Positions 55,302 through 64,000 of a DNA stretch of 64,000 nt are shown one piece after another. Made by a program: the position numbers and the translations under genes. The notes under the pieces are model-generated. The model worked only from the letters and a program-made list of their open reading frames with translations, did no database searches and was not told where the DNA came from. The stretch's first letter is position 1, and each line of letters opens with the position of its first letter. Origin of the DNA: a virus. Taxonomy: Duplodnaviria; Caudoviricetes. The stretch covers positions 4,005 to 68,004 of IMG/VR virus record IMGVR_UViG_2901150838_000002; one strand, written 5' to 3'.

Positions 55302-57438
55302 CTTCTGCTGCCTCCTTCAAGCCGATGGGATGCACCCTCCACCCGACTGGGACAATATCATGCGGGTCAACCACGCCAGCAATCAGGATGTTGTCCAGTT
55401 TGTCGGAGAGCTTGTCCAAACCGTGCAGGACGTTTCTCAGGTTCGTTTCATCGAGGTTCTCGATGTTATCCAACGCAAGCACCTTGATCGGAGGTTTCGC
55501 CCGATCCAACACAGCCACCAGGAAAGCGATCAGGAAGATCATCTGCTGACCGGTAGAGAGCGCATCGAAATTACGACGCTGGCTGCTGTCCTCCCAGCCA
55601 AACTGGAAGATTTCCTGCCCGGTGTCCGATTCCGTTTGGAAGAAAACAGGGTAATTGATCCCCAACACTCGCAGATTGGCCTCAATATCTTCCCTCATTG
55701 GCTCCAGCATTGTCTTGACAATCTCTCCCTGAATCCCTTTTGCTCCAAGCGCTTGATCCAGCATTTTGAAAGCCTCTGATTTGAATTCCGCCTCTTTGTT
55801 CGCCAGCATGGAGGTGCGGAGAGTAGCCATCTGATTCCGTACCTTTTCCTGCTCCTCAACCTTTGCCTGCAGTTGAGTGATTTGGTCACGCAGACCGTTC
55901 CGACGGGTCTCCAACAAATCAAGGGGAGCAATGGCTTCGACTGGCTCATTTTGCAGCTTGTCCCGTTCTTCCTGGGCACTCTTCAGGTCATCAAGTCGTT
56001 TTTGCTCCGCGCCCAGTATGGCCGATTTCTGTGCTTGCAGGTTTTTGATGGATTTGGCTCGTTCCGCATTTTCCTGCTGATATCGGTTAGTCTGCTGCAT
56101 AATGAGTGACAACCGCTGCTCGATCTCCATAATCCGTTCACGCCGTTGCTGAATGGCTTTCTCAGCGGTGTTCAAGTATTCATGATGCCTGTTTATCGCT
56201 TCGTCTTTTTGGGCAATCTCCGAAGCAGCGTATTGGATGTATGCTGAAAAATCTTTGTTGCAAGCGATCTGACTCTGAATCACGCAGACCCCTTTTGTTT
56301 TGTTGATGGTATCCAATGTTTGCTGTATGGAGGCTTTTTCCGCGGTAAGGCGGGCAATATCCTGATTCAATTGAGTGATTTCGTGTTGCTGAATATTGTT
56401 GACTTCTTTTTGCAGGTTGGCTCTTTCTATGGAAAGGGCATCGAATTCGGTAGTGTCGGCAATATGAGTCATCTGAGCTTCCAACGCCTCGATTTGCTGA
56501 TCAATCCAGTCTGTAGATTCTGGCGTCTGAGAAGATAGGCGTTCAATCAGCGTTGCCAGTTCTTGCAGTCTGGAGAGCCTGCGATCAATTGCCTTTTTCT
56601 TCTCCGTATCCCTTGCCAACTGAGCTTCAACTTGCACCAGCTGCTCACGAATCTCGGCCAGCTCCTGCTTGTTTGCCTCAATGTTCCGATCCGTCTCCGC
56701 CATCTTATTTTTTTGCTCAGCCAGCTGCTTAATGGCGCCTTCTGCATTCTTGGCCTTCTCTTTCCACGTGGACCATTCCCGGGAAACATACCCGCGCATT
56801 GCGAGCAGACCCTCATCAATCGACATGCCGTCCTTGTATTCGGACAAGACTGCGGCGATGGTTTCCGTTAATGCCTGATGAAGATCAGGAGAATTGACCT
56901 CAATCTCCATCGTCAGCAGCCGTTCCTCCAGATACTGCGCCACTCGTTCTTTGTTCCATCCACCTTCGATGCCGGCACTCAGGCCATAGATGAAATCACG
57001 GCGTTTGGCATCGGAAAGGGTGAGAAATTCGTTGAAATCCAACATCACCGGGAAGTTTCCAACCTCTGCGGAAACTCGAGCCTTTCGGTCAGTTTCAGTC
57101 CGTTCCCCGCGTGCTGGCGAGACGGTAATCGATTCGGAAATGGTTACGTTCGGTATGCCCTTTGTAAGCTTCGTGGTTCGTTCAAATGTTCGCGTGAACT
57201 TGAATCCCTCGAGCTCCAGCCCTACACTCATCACGTTGTCATCAGAAGAGAATTTGTAATTGTCCAGTGCTCTCTTTCCGTTCCCTGGCACATAACCGAG
57301 CATGGACATTTGCAACGCTTGGAGGCGGGTGGTCTTACCCGATCCGTTCCGGCCGATGAAGATGTCTTTTCCGGTCAGCGGCTGCTTGGCCGTGGTTCCT
57401 TTGAGATTCTGCATGGTGATCGCTTGGATTTTGCTCAT
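55291..57438 (-). CDS. Rad50/SbcC-like SMC ATPase
   Basis: GRNGSGKT, long coiled coil with central Cys pair, LSTGQ signature, ALDNIE Walker B. Confidence 0.88.
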   Translation of the reverse strand: MSKIQAITMQNLKGTTAKQPLTGKDIFIGRNGSGKTTRLQALQMSMLGYVPGNGKRALDNYKFSSDDNVMSVGLELEGFKFTRTFERTTKLTKGIPNVTISESITVSPARGERTETDRKARVSAEVGNFPVMLDFNEFLTLSDAKRRDFIYGLSAGIEGGWNKERVAQYLEERLLTMEIEVNSPDLHQALTETIAAVLSEYKDGMSIDEGLLAMRGYVSREWSTWKEKAKNAEGAIKQLAEQKNKMAETDRNIEANKQELAEIREQLVQVEAQLARDTEKKKAIDRRLSRLQELATLIERLSSQTPESTDWIDQQIEALEAQMTHIADTTEFDALSIERANLQKEVNNIQQHEITQLNQDIARLTAEKASIQQTLDTINKTKGVCVIQSQIACNKDFSAYIQYAASEIAQKDEAINRHHEYLNTAEKAIQQRRERIMEIEQRLSLIMQQTNRYQQENAERAKSIKNLQAQKSAILGAEQKRLDDLKSAQEERDKLQNEPVEAIAPLDLLETRRNGLRDQITQLQAKVEEQEKVRNQMATLRTSMLANKEAEFKSEAFKMLDQALGAKGIQGEIVKTMLEPMREDIEANLRVLGINYPVFFQTESDTGQEIFQFGWEDSSQRRNFDALSTGQQMIFLIAFLVAVLDRAKPPIKVLALDNIENLDETNLRNVLHGLDKLSDKLDNILIAGVVDPHDIVPVGWRVHPIGLKEAAEDVA

Positions 57439-58373
57439 CAGAACTTCACCTCGCCTTCACCAGCGGAAGCAGCGCGGCTGAACAGATCGCCCTGATTCCC
57501 AGAGGATACGGAAAACTCATCTTCTTCCTGATCGATGATCATATCTTCGGTAGTGGCTTCGGCAGTAGTTTCGATGATCTCAGCACGTTGGCCGTTCACC
57601 TTGATTTCTTCTCCGCGCTCAGCCTGGGCGGATATTTCCAAAAGCTGTTTACGGTCAAACTCGTTCACATAGCCGACCACGGTAACAGCTGCTACACGAT
57701 TTTTTTCAGGGCCACTTACTTCCACGTATGGATAAGCCAATGCAGGATGCTTGGACATAACCAAGCGCTCGCAAATGGTTTGAGCATTCCGCTCAGCAAA
57801 TTGCTTTTTATTAATGAAGGTATCTACTGCTTTGAGAATTTCTTTGTGGGTGAAATCCACGTATACACCAAGAGGGCCTTGGATTTTGTAGAATCCGCCA
57901 CTTCTCTTTTCTTCTTCTGTCAGCATGGCCTCCATGCAAACCCGACCAGCGTCTTTGTTATATTTGACCTTGTTGGTTAGGTCTTGAATGAAATACATGT
58001 TTACGTCGTAGAGAAGTGTTGCAGATGTAATCACGAGGTTCCCAATAGGGCTGAAGCCGATCGCAAGTTTTTTGACCCAGACCTTGCTGATCGTTCCACT
58101 CTCGGGATCAATGATCGGATACGGATTGACCACCGTGTGCCCTTCAGGAAGCGTTAGTTTTTCGGGGGTTACAATGGAAAGGCCAGCTATTTGATTCAGT
58201 TTGTTAAATCCCTTTGCCGTTACCATCCCTTTGTCTTGAATCACTGCGATTTCGCCTTGCTTTTCGGAAAGGGCCATTCTGCCTTTAACAGAGCGAATTT
58301 GCCCTCCATCCGTTTTCTTGACAAAAACATTGCCATCACCGAGGCTTGTAATTACCGCCAGCTCATTACTCAT
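57438..58373 (-). CDS. Hypothetical protein, possible single-strand annealing recombinase
   Basis: Position in recombination module; AERNAQTICER motif; acidic tail. Confidence 0.55.
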   Translation of the reverse strand: MSNELAVITSLGDGNVFVKKTDGGQIRSVKGRMALSEKQGEIAVIQDKGMVTAKGFNKLNQIAGLSIVTPEKLTLPEGHTVVNPYPIIDPESGTISKVWVKKLAIGFSPIGNLVITSATLLYDVNMYFIQDLTNKVKYNKDAGRVCMEAMLTEEEKRSGGFYKIQGPLGVYVDFTHKEILKAVDTFINKKQFAERNAQTICERLVMSKHPALAYPYVEVSGPEKNRVAAVTVVGYVNEFDRKQLLEISAQAERGEEIKVNGQRAEIIETTAEATTEDMIIDQEEDEFSVSSGNQGDLFSRAASAGEGEVKF

Positions 58374-58455
58374 TTACGTACCTCCCACTTGTTTTTTGGA
58401 GGCGAACACGCTAGGCTAGAAATAACCGGATTCTAACAGCGTTTCACCTGAAGGC

Positions 58456-58635
58456 TCAGCGTTCCAGCGCTGGGTCTTTTTCGATTGCTATACTTGTGAT
58501 GACCATCGTCCCTGTACCGACATCGCGTAGATTATCTGATTGGCAATCAGGACAAACAATGTGGCTCTGGTCCGCAGTTGCTTCAACAGCAAAACCGAGG
58601 CAGCAATCTTGGCATTCATAAACGTGATACTCCAA
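58456..58635 (-). CDS. Small Zn-ribbon protein
   Basis: YECQDC...VCPDCQS; RBS GAGGAGG; below ORF-track cutoff. Confidence 0.6.
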   Translation of the reverse strand: MEYHVYECQDCCLGFAVEATADQSHIVCPDCQSDNLRDVGTGTMVITSIAIEKDPALER

Positions 58636-58734
58636 TTTCCCCCTCCTCTCGTTTAGTCACGAGGTCGCCACCATCCCAACCTCTACGGCGGCCGTTGTAG
58701 TTCCTTGCCTACTCCCGTTGTGACCTCGCTATGT

Positions 58735-58801
58735 ATGACCTGTCTCATCAGGCAGGGATGGTCATTCCCCTGCGACTGAGGCGGAAAGCCCCAGTTTCGA
58801 C
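58735..58801 (-). ncRNA. Type II hammerhead ribozyme
   Basis: GTC-GAAA-CTGGGGC/GCCTCAG-TC|GCAGGGG/TCCCTGC-CTGATGA-GAC, with loop ATGACC pairing to downstream GGTCAT. Confidence 0.88.
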
Positions 58802-58804
58802 TCT

Positions 58805-59338
58805 TTAACCGGCGAGAAAATCTCGCTGGCTTAATCCGTGGTACCCAAGTGGATTTTTCCGATATGCCACGGAATCCTGATACATTTCACGAACGGTTTC
58901 CTCTGCTTCGGTAAACACAGAATGGTCCAGCTTCTCCCGCACGTAATCGCGGATATATTCGCGGCTGTAAACCTGATCGTGATATTCAAAGAGGTCCAGC
59001 AATTCCTCTGTCTCCTGGGCAAAGAGGTCATCCTGCTGCAGATCAATTGTTCCATCCTCTTCAACGAACCGCTCAGGATTGCTGCTATACACGTTTTCCA
59101 AGCGATCTCTGACCAACTTTGCCAAAATGGTCACCAACTCCAGAATGTTATCGCCGATGGACATGTCCAAATGGTTCACCTTGTTTTGCACATCGATTTG
59201 TTTTTTTGCCAGCTGCTCCAACTGCTGCTCCGTATCGTGCAACGCCTGCTTTTCTTCGTTGAGAAGCGCTGTCAGGTTAGTGGTCTCCGTAATCAGTGAG
59301 CGAGCTCTAGTGATGTTGCTCAGCGTGCTGCTTTTCAT
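58805..59338 (-). CDS. Coiled-coil hypothetical protein
   Basis: RBS GGGAGG; ends YHGLSQRDFL. Confidence 0.7.
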   Translation of the reverse strand: MKSSTLSNITRARSLITETTNLTALLNEEKQALHDTEQQLEQLAKKQIDVQNKVNHLDMSIGDNILELVTILAKLVRDRLENVYSSNPERFVEEDGTIDLQQDDLFAQETEELLDLFEYHDQVYSREYIRDYVREKLDHSVFTEAEETVREMYQDSVAYRKNPLGYHGLSQRDFLAG

Positions 59339-59393
59339 ATGGGTTGCCCTCCCTTTAAGGAATGTGGTATTCTTCCGGTATCGAATATTTTCA

Positions 59394-59564
59394 TTAGGCC
59401 GTCTGTTGCGAGCAGGCGGTTTTTTCTTTGTCTTGGATTTGTTCGGTCAGTTCCCGTGTGATCTGCTTGTAGACTTCATGAGCAACCAAGTCTCCTGCCG
59501 TTTTGGCAATGATCATCATCCGTTGATAAAAGTGGAGCTGCATCCGCAGTGTTTGGATATTCAC
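59394..59564 (-). CDS. Small hypothetical protein
   Basis: GTG start with GAGGGAGG RBS. Confidence 0.5.
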   Translation of the reverse strand: MNIQTLRMQLHFYQRMMIIAKTAGDLVAHEVYKQITRELTEQIQDKEKTACSQQTA

Positions 59565-59733
59565 GCTGTTCCCTCCCTCGCTTCAACTTGTTTCCTAAAT
59601 TCGGTCAACCGCTCAGCATACAGCTGATTTTGCCTTTCCCCATCTTGAACAAAGAGAGCCATCAACTTTGCGTCATATGGATAGGTCTGCTCCAGAACTT
59701 CCAGCACCCGGCGATTCCATTCTTGGGCTTTTG

Positions 59734-60300
59734 TCATTTCACCCCACCTCCCCCGGTCACCATTTTTAGAAATCCGCGTTTGGCAAGCTTGGCTTTATGG
59801 GATGTCCACTGATAGACCCATGAAAGCTTGACCTCCCTGCAAATTACTGCCGTCATGTTGGTGGTTGAGGTGATCACATCGAGGGTTTCCTGAATCAATT
59901 GCTCCAGCTGCTGGCGTTCTTGCGTCGTGAGGCTCTTCGGCGGCTTAATTAGAATTGCTTGGGCCTTCTTGATCGCATCCAGGAGCTCTTCTACTTCCTC
60001 GACCGTCTTGGCAACTGCCGTGTGCCGGTTGAGTTCTACGTTGTCACCGTCGAGAATGACAGGGCTTGTCCCGGCTGTAGATTCGTGCGCGGCAGCCATT
60101 GCCAGGAACGCATTATCTGTAAGAAGAATCGATTTTGATTTCACATCCGGCGGCGCTACGGCTCGTCCATTTTTGTAAGCAGAAACCGCTTCTCTGCTCA
60201 CATGTGCTTCAAACCCAAATGACATTTGCGTCATATTGGCTTCCATCAGCGCATTTCCCAATTGATGACCGAATTCATTTGCGCTCATTTGTTCGTTCAC
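59734..60300 (-). CDS. XRE-HTH / CII-like regulatory protein
   Basis: MTQ..F....HVSREAVSAYKNGR HTH, then EEVEELL helical domain. Confidence 0.7.
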   Translation of the reverse strand: MNEQMSANEFGHQLGNALMEANMTQMSFGFEAHVSREAVSAYKNGRAVAPPDVKSKSILLTDNAFLAMAAAHESTAGTSPVILDGDNVELNRHTAVAKTVEEVEELLDAIKKAQAILIKPPKSLTTQERQQLEQLIQETLDVITSTTNMTAVICREVKLSWVYQWTSHKAKLAKRGFLKMVTGGGGVK

Positions 60301-60344
60301 TCCTTACCGTCGATATGTAGTTGTATGAGGTATAATGAAGTTGC

Positions 60345-60563
60345 TCATCTTCCAGACTCTCCCTCGGCACCCACCGAGGGTTTTTTGTCAAGTTGCCGCA
60401 ACAGGTTGAATATCTCCACATCCTGTTTCAGTACGTTGAACATCATCTTTTCGACCTGTTCCGATAGTTCCGGTGCTACCATCTTCACCTCGTGAACACA
60501 GTTGACGAGCGCCGCTTTCAATTCGTCTGCTGCGGTGACATAGCGCTTGTGGTTCATGATCAT
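60345..60563 (-). CDS. Hypothetical protein
   Basis: RBS GAAAGGAG before MIMNHKRY. Confidence 0.6.
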   Translation of the reverse strand: MIMNHKRYVTAADELKAALVNCVHEVKMVAPELSEQVEKMMFNVLKQDVEIFNLLRQLDKKPSVGAEGESGR

Positions 60564-60582
60564 CTGGCTTACTCCTTTCTTG

Positions 60583-60819
60583 TTAAGCTGAAATTTCGGA
60601 TGGTTTGTCACCCGGCATCTCGATTCCAGCCCAGCGACAGAAAGCATCGCGCGGTATCCTGATGCTCTTCCCTAAGACGATCTTCGGGAATGTGGGATCT
60701 TGGGCCAGTTCGTACGCTCGGCGCAATGCAATGTCCATTACGTTGGCAACATCGCGCATTTTCATCATCAGAGGCAGTTGCTCAACATCAGTGATCCGTT
60801 GTTTTGCCATATTATTCAC
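60583..60819 (-). CDS. Excisionase-family HTH_17 protein
   Basis: PLMMKMRDVA...AYEL...FPKIVLGKSIRIPRDAF. Confidence 0.8.
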   Translation of the reverse strand: MNNMAKQRITDVEQLPLMMKMRDVANVMDIALRRAYELAQDPTFPKIVLGKSIRIPRDAFCRWAGIEMPGDKPSEISA

Positions 60820-60828
60820 TCCTTCTCA

Positions 60829-61092
60829 TCAAGCTGGCTTCTCTCTGTCACACTCATGAGACACCTGATCCAAAAAAAAGATGTCTTCAAAGGTGTGAGA
60901 CGAAAAAGCGTTGAGGATTTTAGCAATAAAATCTTGTCCTAATGAAAAGCGTTTATCATGTGGTGGTAACTTAGCTCGCCACAGTTGGCTCCTAGAAACA
61001 CCAACGAATTCAGCAAATTCTTGATCTGTAAGTTTCATTTCAATCTGCAAATTATCAAGCACACCGGGTATTAGTAGGACTCTCACCTCCAC
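60829..61092 (-). CDS. Cro-like XRE regulator
   Basis: QEFAEFVGVSRSQLWR, FEDIFF; divergent from repressor. Confidence 0.8.
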   Translation of the reverse strand: MEVRVLLIPGVLDNLQIEMKLTDQEFAEFVGVSRSQLWRAKLPPHDKRFSLGQDFIAKILNAFSSHTFEDIFFLDQVSHECDREKPA

Positions 61093-61103
61093 CCCTCCTT
61101 TCG

Positions 61104-61201
61104 TGTCTCACGCTTGTTACAAATATAAAATAACACATCTGTAACACGCATGCAACAAAAAATTTCATGTATGATACAAAATTTGTTTCACGCATGCAAC
61201 A
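61104..61201. promoter_or_regulatory. Lysis/lysogeny switch operators, 18-bp TGTnnCA-N4-TGnnACA
   Basis: Copies at 61104, 61140, 61184, degenerate at 61161, plus one at 60846. Confidence 0.75.
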
Positions 61202-61232
61202 GATGTCTGTTATGATAATTATGGGTGATGAA

Positions 61233-61667
61233 ATGATGAACCTTAAGGAATTCGGCATTTATTTCGCTGAATTAAGAGAAAAAAGTGGATACCGAAGTCA
61301 GCGTGAACTTGCCGATAAATCTGGGGTCAGTCATTCAACTATTAACAGAATTGAGGCAGGAACTCATAAAGCAAAACCGGAAACCTTAAAAGCGGTCGCT
61401 CCTTTCCTAAAAGGAGTTGATTATGAGGAGTTGTTGGAGAAGGCTGGTATTCTAAATGAGGATCAGTCAAATGTCTCCACTAAGAAAGACGATCTAGCTG
61501 AGTTACATAAAGCCATCAGCAGGGCCTTCCATGACTTTGACTCTTTACCTGAAGATGAAAAGAATTTCTTGTTAGAGGAAATACCCGAGACGGTACAATG
61601 GAAGCTAAATGAATTTCGCAAGGCTAAAGCGAAATTTTTAGAGCAAAAAAACAACAAAAATAAATAA
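61233..61667 (+). CDS. ImmR/CI-like XRE repressor
   Basis: SQRELADKSGVSHSTINRIEAG. Confidence 0.9.
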   Translation: MMNLKEFGIYFAELREKSGYRSQRELADKSGVSHSTINRIEAGTHKAKPETLKAVAPFLKGVDYEELLEKAGILNEDQSNVSTKKDDLAELHKAISRAFHDFDSLPEDEKNFLLEEIPETVQWKLNEFRKAKAKFLEQKNNKNK

Positions 61668-61703
61668 CCCTGATAACCAGGGTTTTTATTTTAAACACAA
61701 AAC

Positions 61704-61717
61704 CGAACATACGTTTG
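61704..61717 (+). promoter_or_regulatory. Putative LexA box before immA-like gene
   Basis: CGAAC-ATAC-GTTTG. Confidence 0.55.
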
Positions 61718-61735
61718 TTGTTTAAGGAGGTTACT

Positions 61736-62359
61736 ATGCTGAATTTTTACGAACCAACAGTCTTGGAAGAATGGGTTGAGAAATTTTACATCAAGCACAA
61801 CATCAGAACCCCCTCAAATTTAAGCATTGAAAATATGTCTGCTATTTTGGGAATCGGTGTCACATTCGCACCTGGCGTTGATGATGAAGTGTTATTTGAT
61901 GAAGAATATACCCACGTCTTCATCAATTCACTGCACTCTCGGCAGCGTCAATGGGAAGTGTTCTGCCACGAAATATGTCATCCGCTAAGACATCTCGGGA
62001 ATCAGATTATGCTTCCTGATGAATTCCGAAAAATGCAGGAGATCGAGGCAAATGCTTTTCAGTATTATGCCGCTATCCCCTTCTTTATGGTACGTGATAT
62101 GAAATTGCCCGATCATCAAAATGAAATCATTGACTTACTTGCTAGAGAATTTGGAGTAACACATGAATTTGCAAAAAAGCGATGGGATCAAATCCTTCGC
62201 AGGATCGCACGTGGCCGATCACATCATGAATTTATTACAGCTCTTGCAAACCAATACAAAAGAGCTGATCCTGCTAACTGGTCACATGAAACAAAAAAGC
62301 TGTTTAGTTTAGCAATCCAAAGAAAACTTCAAAAAGGACAAGGAGTTGTTATCCGATGA
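61736..62359 (+). CDS. ImmA/IrrE-family metalloprotease (anti-repressor)
   Basis: FCHEICH HExxH and QEIEANAF. Confidence 0.9.
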   Translation: MLNFYEPTVLEEWVEKFYIKHNIRTPSNLSIENMSAILGIGVTFAPGVDDEVLFDEEYTHVFINSLHSRQRQWEVFCHEICHPLRHLGNQIMLPDEFRKMQEIEANAFQYYAAIPFFMVRDMKLPDHQNEIIDLLAREFGVTHEFAKKRWDQILRRIARGRSHHEFITALANQYKRADPANWSHETKKLFSLAIQRKLQKGQGVVIR

Positions 62360-62718
62360 AAATCACTGTTTATTACGACTATATGGAAGAAAAACTGGCA
62401 CCCATTTGGTACGTGGTTGGGTTCCGTAAGGGTGAGTTTGACTGGTCAAAAAATACTCTATACATCCCTGTAGATGCACCCTTTCAAAGACAAGGTGCAG
62501 AAGATTTTCACTCCGATACATTGGGCCTCTCTGTAACAGTTGGCGACTTAACACTGAACCATGAAAAGCCAGGGAAGTTCGGCATACATCTTCCATCATT
62601 GCGGCAAAGAGCTGCCACGGCTAACGTCGACTATTGGGACGTTGAACAATTAATCATACAAGTTTGCGACATTGAAGAATTGCTGCAGATGAATGTATTC
62701 AGTGAACGAATAGCGTAA
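62356..62718 (+). CDS. Hypothetical protein
   Basis: ATGA-coupled to immA-like gene. Confidence 0.7.
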   Translation: MKITVYYDYMEEKLAPIWYVVGFRKGEFDWSKNTLYIPVDAPFQRQGAEDFHSDTLGLSVTVGDLTLNHEKPGKFGIHLPSLRQRAATANVDYWDVEQLIIQVCDIEELLQMNVFSERIA

Positions 62719-62762
62719 ATTTACCAGACGCCCTTTTTGGGCTTTACTTTTGACCTCAAATC

Positions 62763-62776
62763 AGAACGTACATTCC
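62763..62776 (+). promoter_or_regulatory. Putative degenerate LexA box before integrase
   Basis: AGAAC-GTAC-ATTCC. Confidence 0.4.
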
Positions 62777-62854
62777 TATACTGTTTGCCATTGTAATTAA
62801 TAAGTGCCGTTAACATTGAGTGAATGAGGAAAGTCAATTAGGAGGTTAAGCGGA

Positions 62855-64000
62855 GTGAAAGGCTATTTTAGGAAGCGAGGAAATTCATGGTCGTATACAG
62901 TAGACTTAGGAAAGGATGAAATAACCGGGAAAAGAAAACAAAAAACAAAGAACGGATTCAAAACAAAAAAAGACGCTGAAAAAGCTTGTAATGAACTAAT
63001 TAATCAACTTAACAAGGGGACGTATATTGAGCCCAGCGAAAAAACAATCAAGGAATACATCATGGAATGGATGGACATCAACGCTAAACAAATTCTCCGT
63101 CCCTCTTCATATGACAACCATTTGATTGTTATCGAAAAGCACATTATTCCAGAGTTAGGCAGCCTGAAACTCAGCCAGTTAACCCCAAGCCATATTCAAA
63201 AATTCTATAATCAACTATCAACTGAAGGATTGTCACCTGATTATATTCGCTACATGCATTCAATTTTAAGAAAATCGATTGGACAAGCAGTAAAGTGGCA
63301 GTTGGTAGCAAGAAATGTTGTTGAATTGGTTGAACCACCAAGATTAGCTGATAAAGATATTGTTACCTGGTCTTTGGAGGAAGCTACAGAGTTTTTAGAT
63401 TATGTTGAAGCACACGGAAAGAGATTTTTTGTTGCATATGTCCTTGCTATATATACTGGAATGAGGCGAGGAGAGATTTTGGGATTAAGGTGGAAAGACA
63501 TCAATTGGGAACATGGTAAATTAAGCGTTAGACAGACTGTTTATAGAACTAGGCAAGGGCTGCTCTTTCAAGAACCGAAGACAAAGAATTCAAAACGTCA
63601 GATCTCACTACCAGAATATGTTTTGTCCTCGTTAAGACGTCATCGATCCGATCAAAATAAACAGAAACTTCTTCTTGGTGGATTATACAATGACCATGAT
63701 CTTGTAATATGTACTGATGAAGGGAAACCTATTGAACCCAGGAACCTTGTAAGGCACTTTGATCGAATGATTCAAGAGACAGGGCTCCAAAAGATTCGTT
63801 TTCACGATTTACGTCATACTCATGCGACAATTCTCCTCCAGCTTGGGGAACACCCAAAAGTTGTATCCGAACGATTAGGACATAGTCGTGTAGGTGTTAC
63901 TTTAGATACTTACAGCCATGTATTACCTGATATGCAGAAAGATGCTGCCAATAACTTTGAACAAGCAATGAATGAGAAAAAAGCAAAGAAATCACTTTAG
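62855..64000 (+). CDS. int: Prophage tyrosine integrase with arm-binding domain
   Basis: GFKTKKDA arm domain, TGMRRGE, HDLRHTH, RLGHS, DTYSH; stop at 63998-64000. Confidence 0.95.
   Translation: MKGYFRKRGNSWSYTVDLGKDEITGKRKQKTKNGFKTKKDAEKACNELINQLNKGTYIEPSEKTIKEYIMEWMDINAKQILRPSSYDNHLIVIEKHIIPELGSLKLSQLTPSHIQKFYNQLSTEGLSPDYIRYMHSILRKSIGQAVKWQLVARNVVELVEPPRLADKDIVTWSLEEATEFLDYVEAHGKRFFVAYVLAIYTGMRRGEILGLRWKDINWEHGKLSVRQTVYRTRQGLLFQEPKTKNSKRQISLPEYVLSSLRRHRSDQNKQKLLLGGLYNDHDLVICTDEGKPIEPRNLVRHFDRMIQETGLQKIRFHDLRHTHATILLQLGEHPKVVSERLGHSRVGVTLDTYSHVLPDMQKDAANNFEQAMNEKKAKKSL

Larger units (their letters stand above)
10145..64000. mobile_element. Myovirus-type (PBSX/Xkd-like tail) temperate prophage; second att expected just beyond window end
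   Basis: Complete gene order from integrase/immunity through replication, packaging, head, contractile tail and lysis to cargo and att. Confidence 0.93.

Noticed and set aside
29602-57495. Long plus-strand ORFs (e.g. 29602..30366, 36223..36936, 37189..37896, 38125..38907, 56878..57495)
   Set aside because: Antisense shadows of well-supported minus-strand phage genes
59561-59737. GGGAAAG frameshift in small ORF MTKAQEW
   Set aside because: The heptamer is in the wrong phase for tandem -1 slippage; probably a simple indel

Overview
A Firmicute window (inferred Paenibacillaceae/Brevibacillus-like host) made almost entirely of two mobile elements stacked at one tRNA-Val(GAC) attachment site, whose 3' half sits at 10100-10144. 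(1) 1-10099 is an AT-rich, capsid-forming phage-satellite-like element running off the left edge. It encodes a tyrosine integrase, a holin-like peptide, a scaffold, a DUF5309/SU10-type capsid, a DHH-like protein, an AEP primase/Rep and TerS-like and TerL proteins, but no tail genes and no visible repressor or activator. Directly upstream of its structural operon is a ~1.5 kb non-coding mosaic of six divergent modules. Three of them carry the 3' end of a Zn-finger gene (one clearly resembles the C-terminus of the SPbeta YonO single-subunit RNA polymerase). All six share a palindrome and a TAAGGGAA/TATGGGAA-like motif at fixed spacing, and two further repeat families are interleaved. I read this as a possible library of captured helper-phage late promoters/cis-elements, the most novel-looking system here. 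(2) 10145-64000 is a near-complete PBSX/Xkd-type myovirus prophage (integrase at the right edge, ImmR/ImmA switch, replication, three methyltransferases, ArpU, terminase, portal, Prp-processed head, contractile tail, lysis) with a defence/SOS cargo region at its left end. Other highlights: a ~530-nt highly base-paired ncRNA candidate at the start of the late operon, a type II hammerhead ribozyme, an Azaca-like three-ORF locus joined by an A-AAA-AAG -1 frameshift site, and four short antisense promoter-terminator units. Family assignments come from motif recognition by eye; no searches were run.
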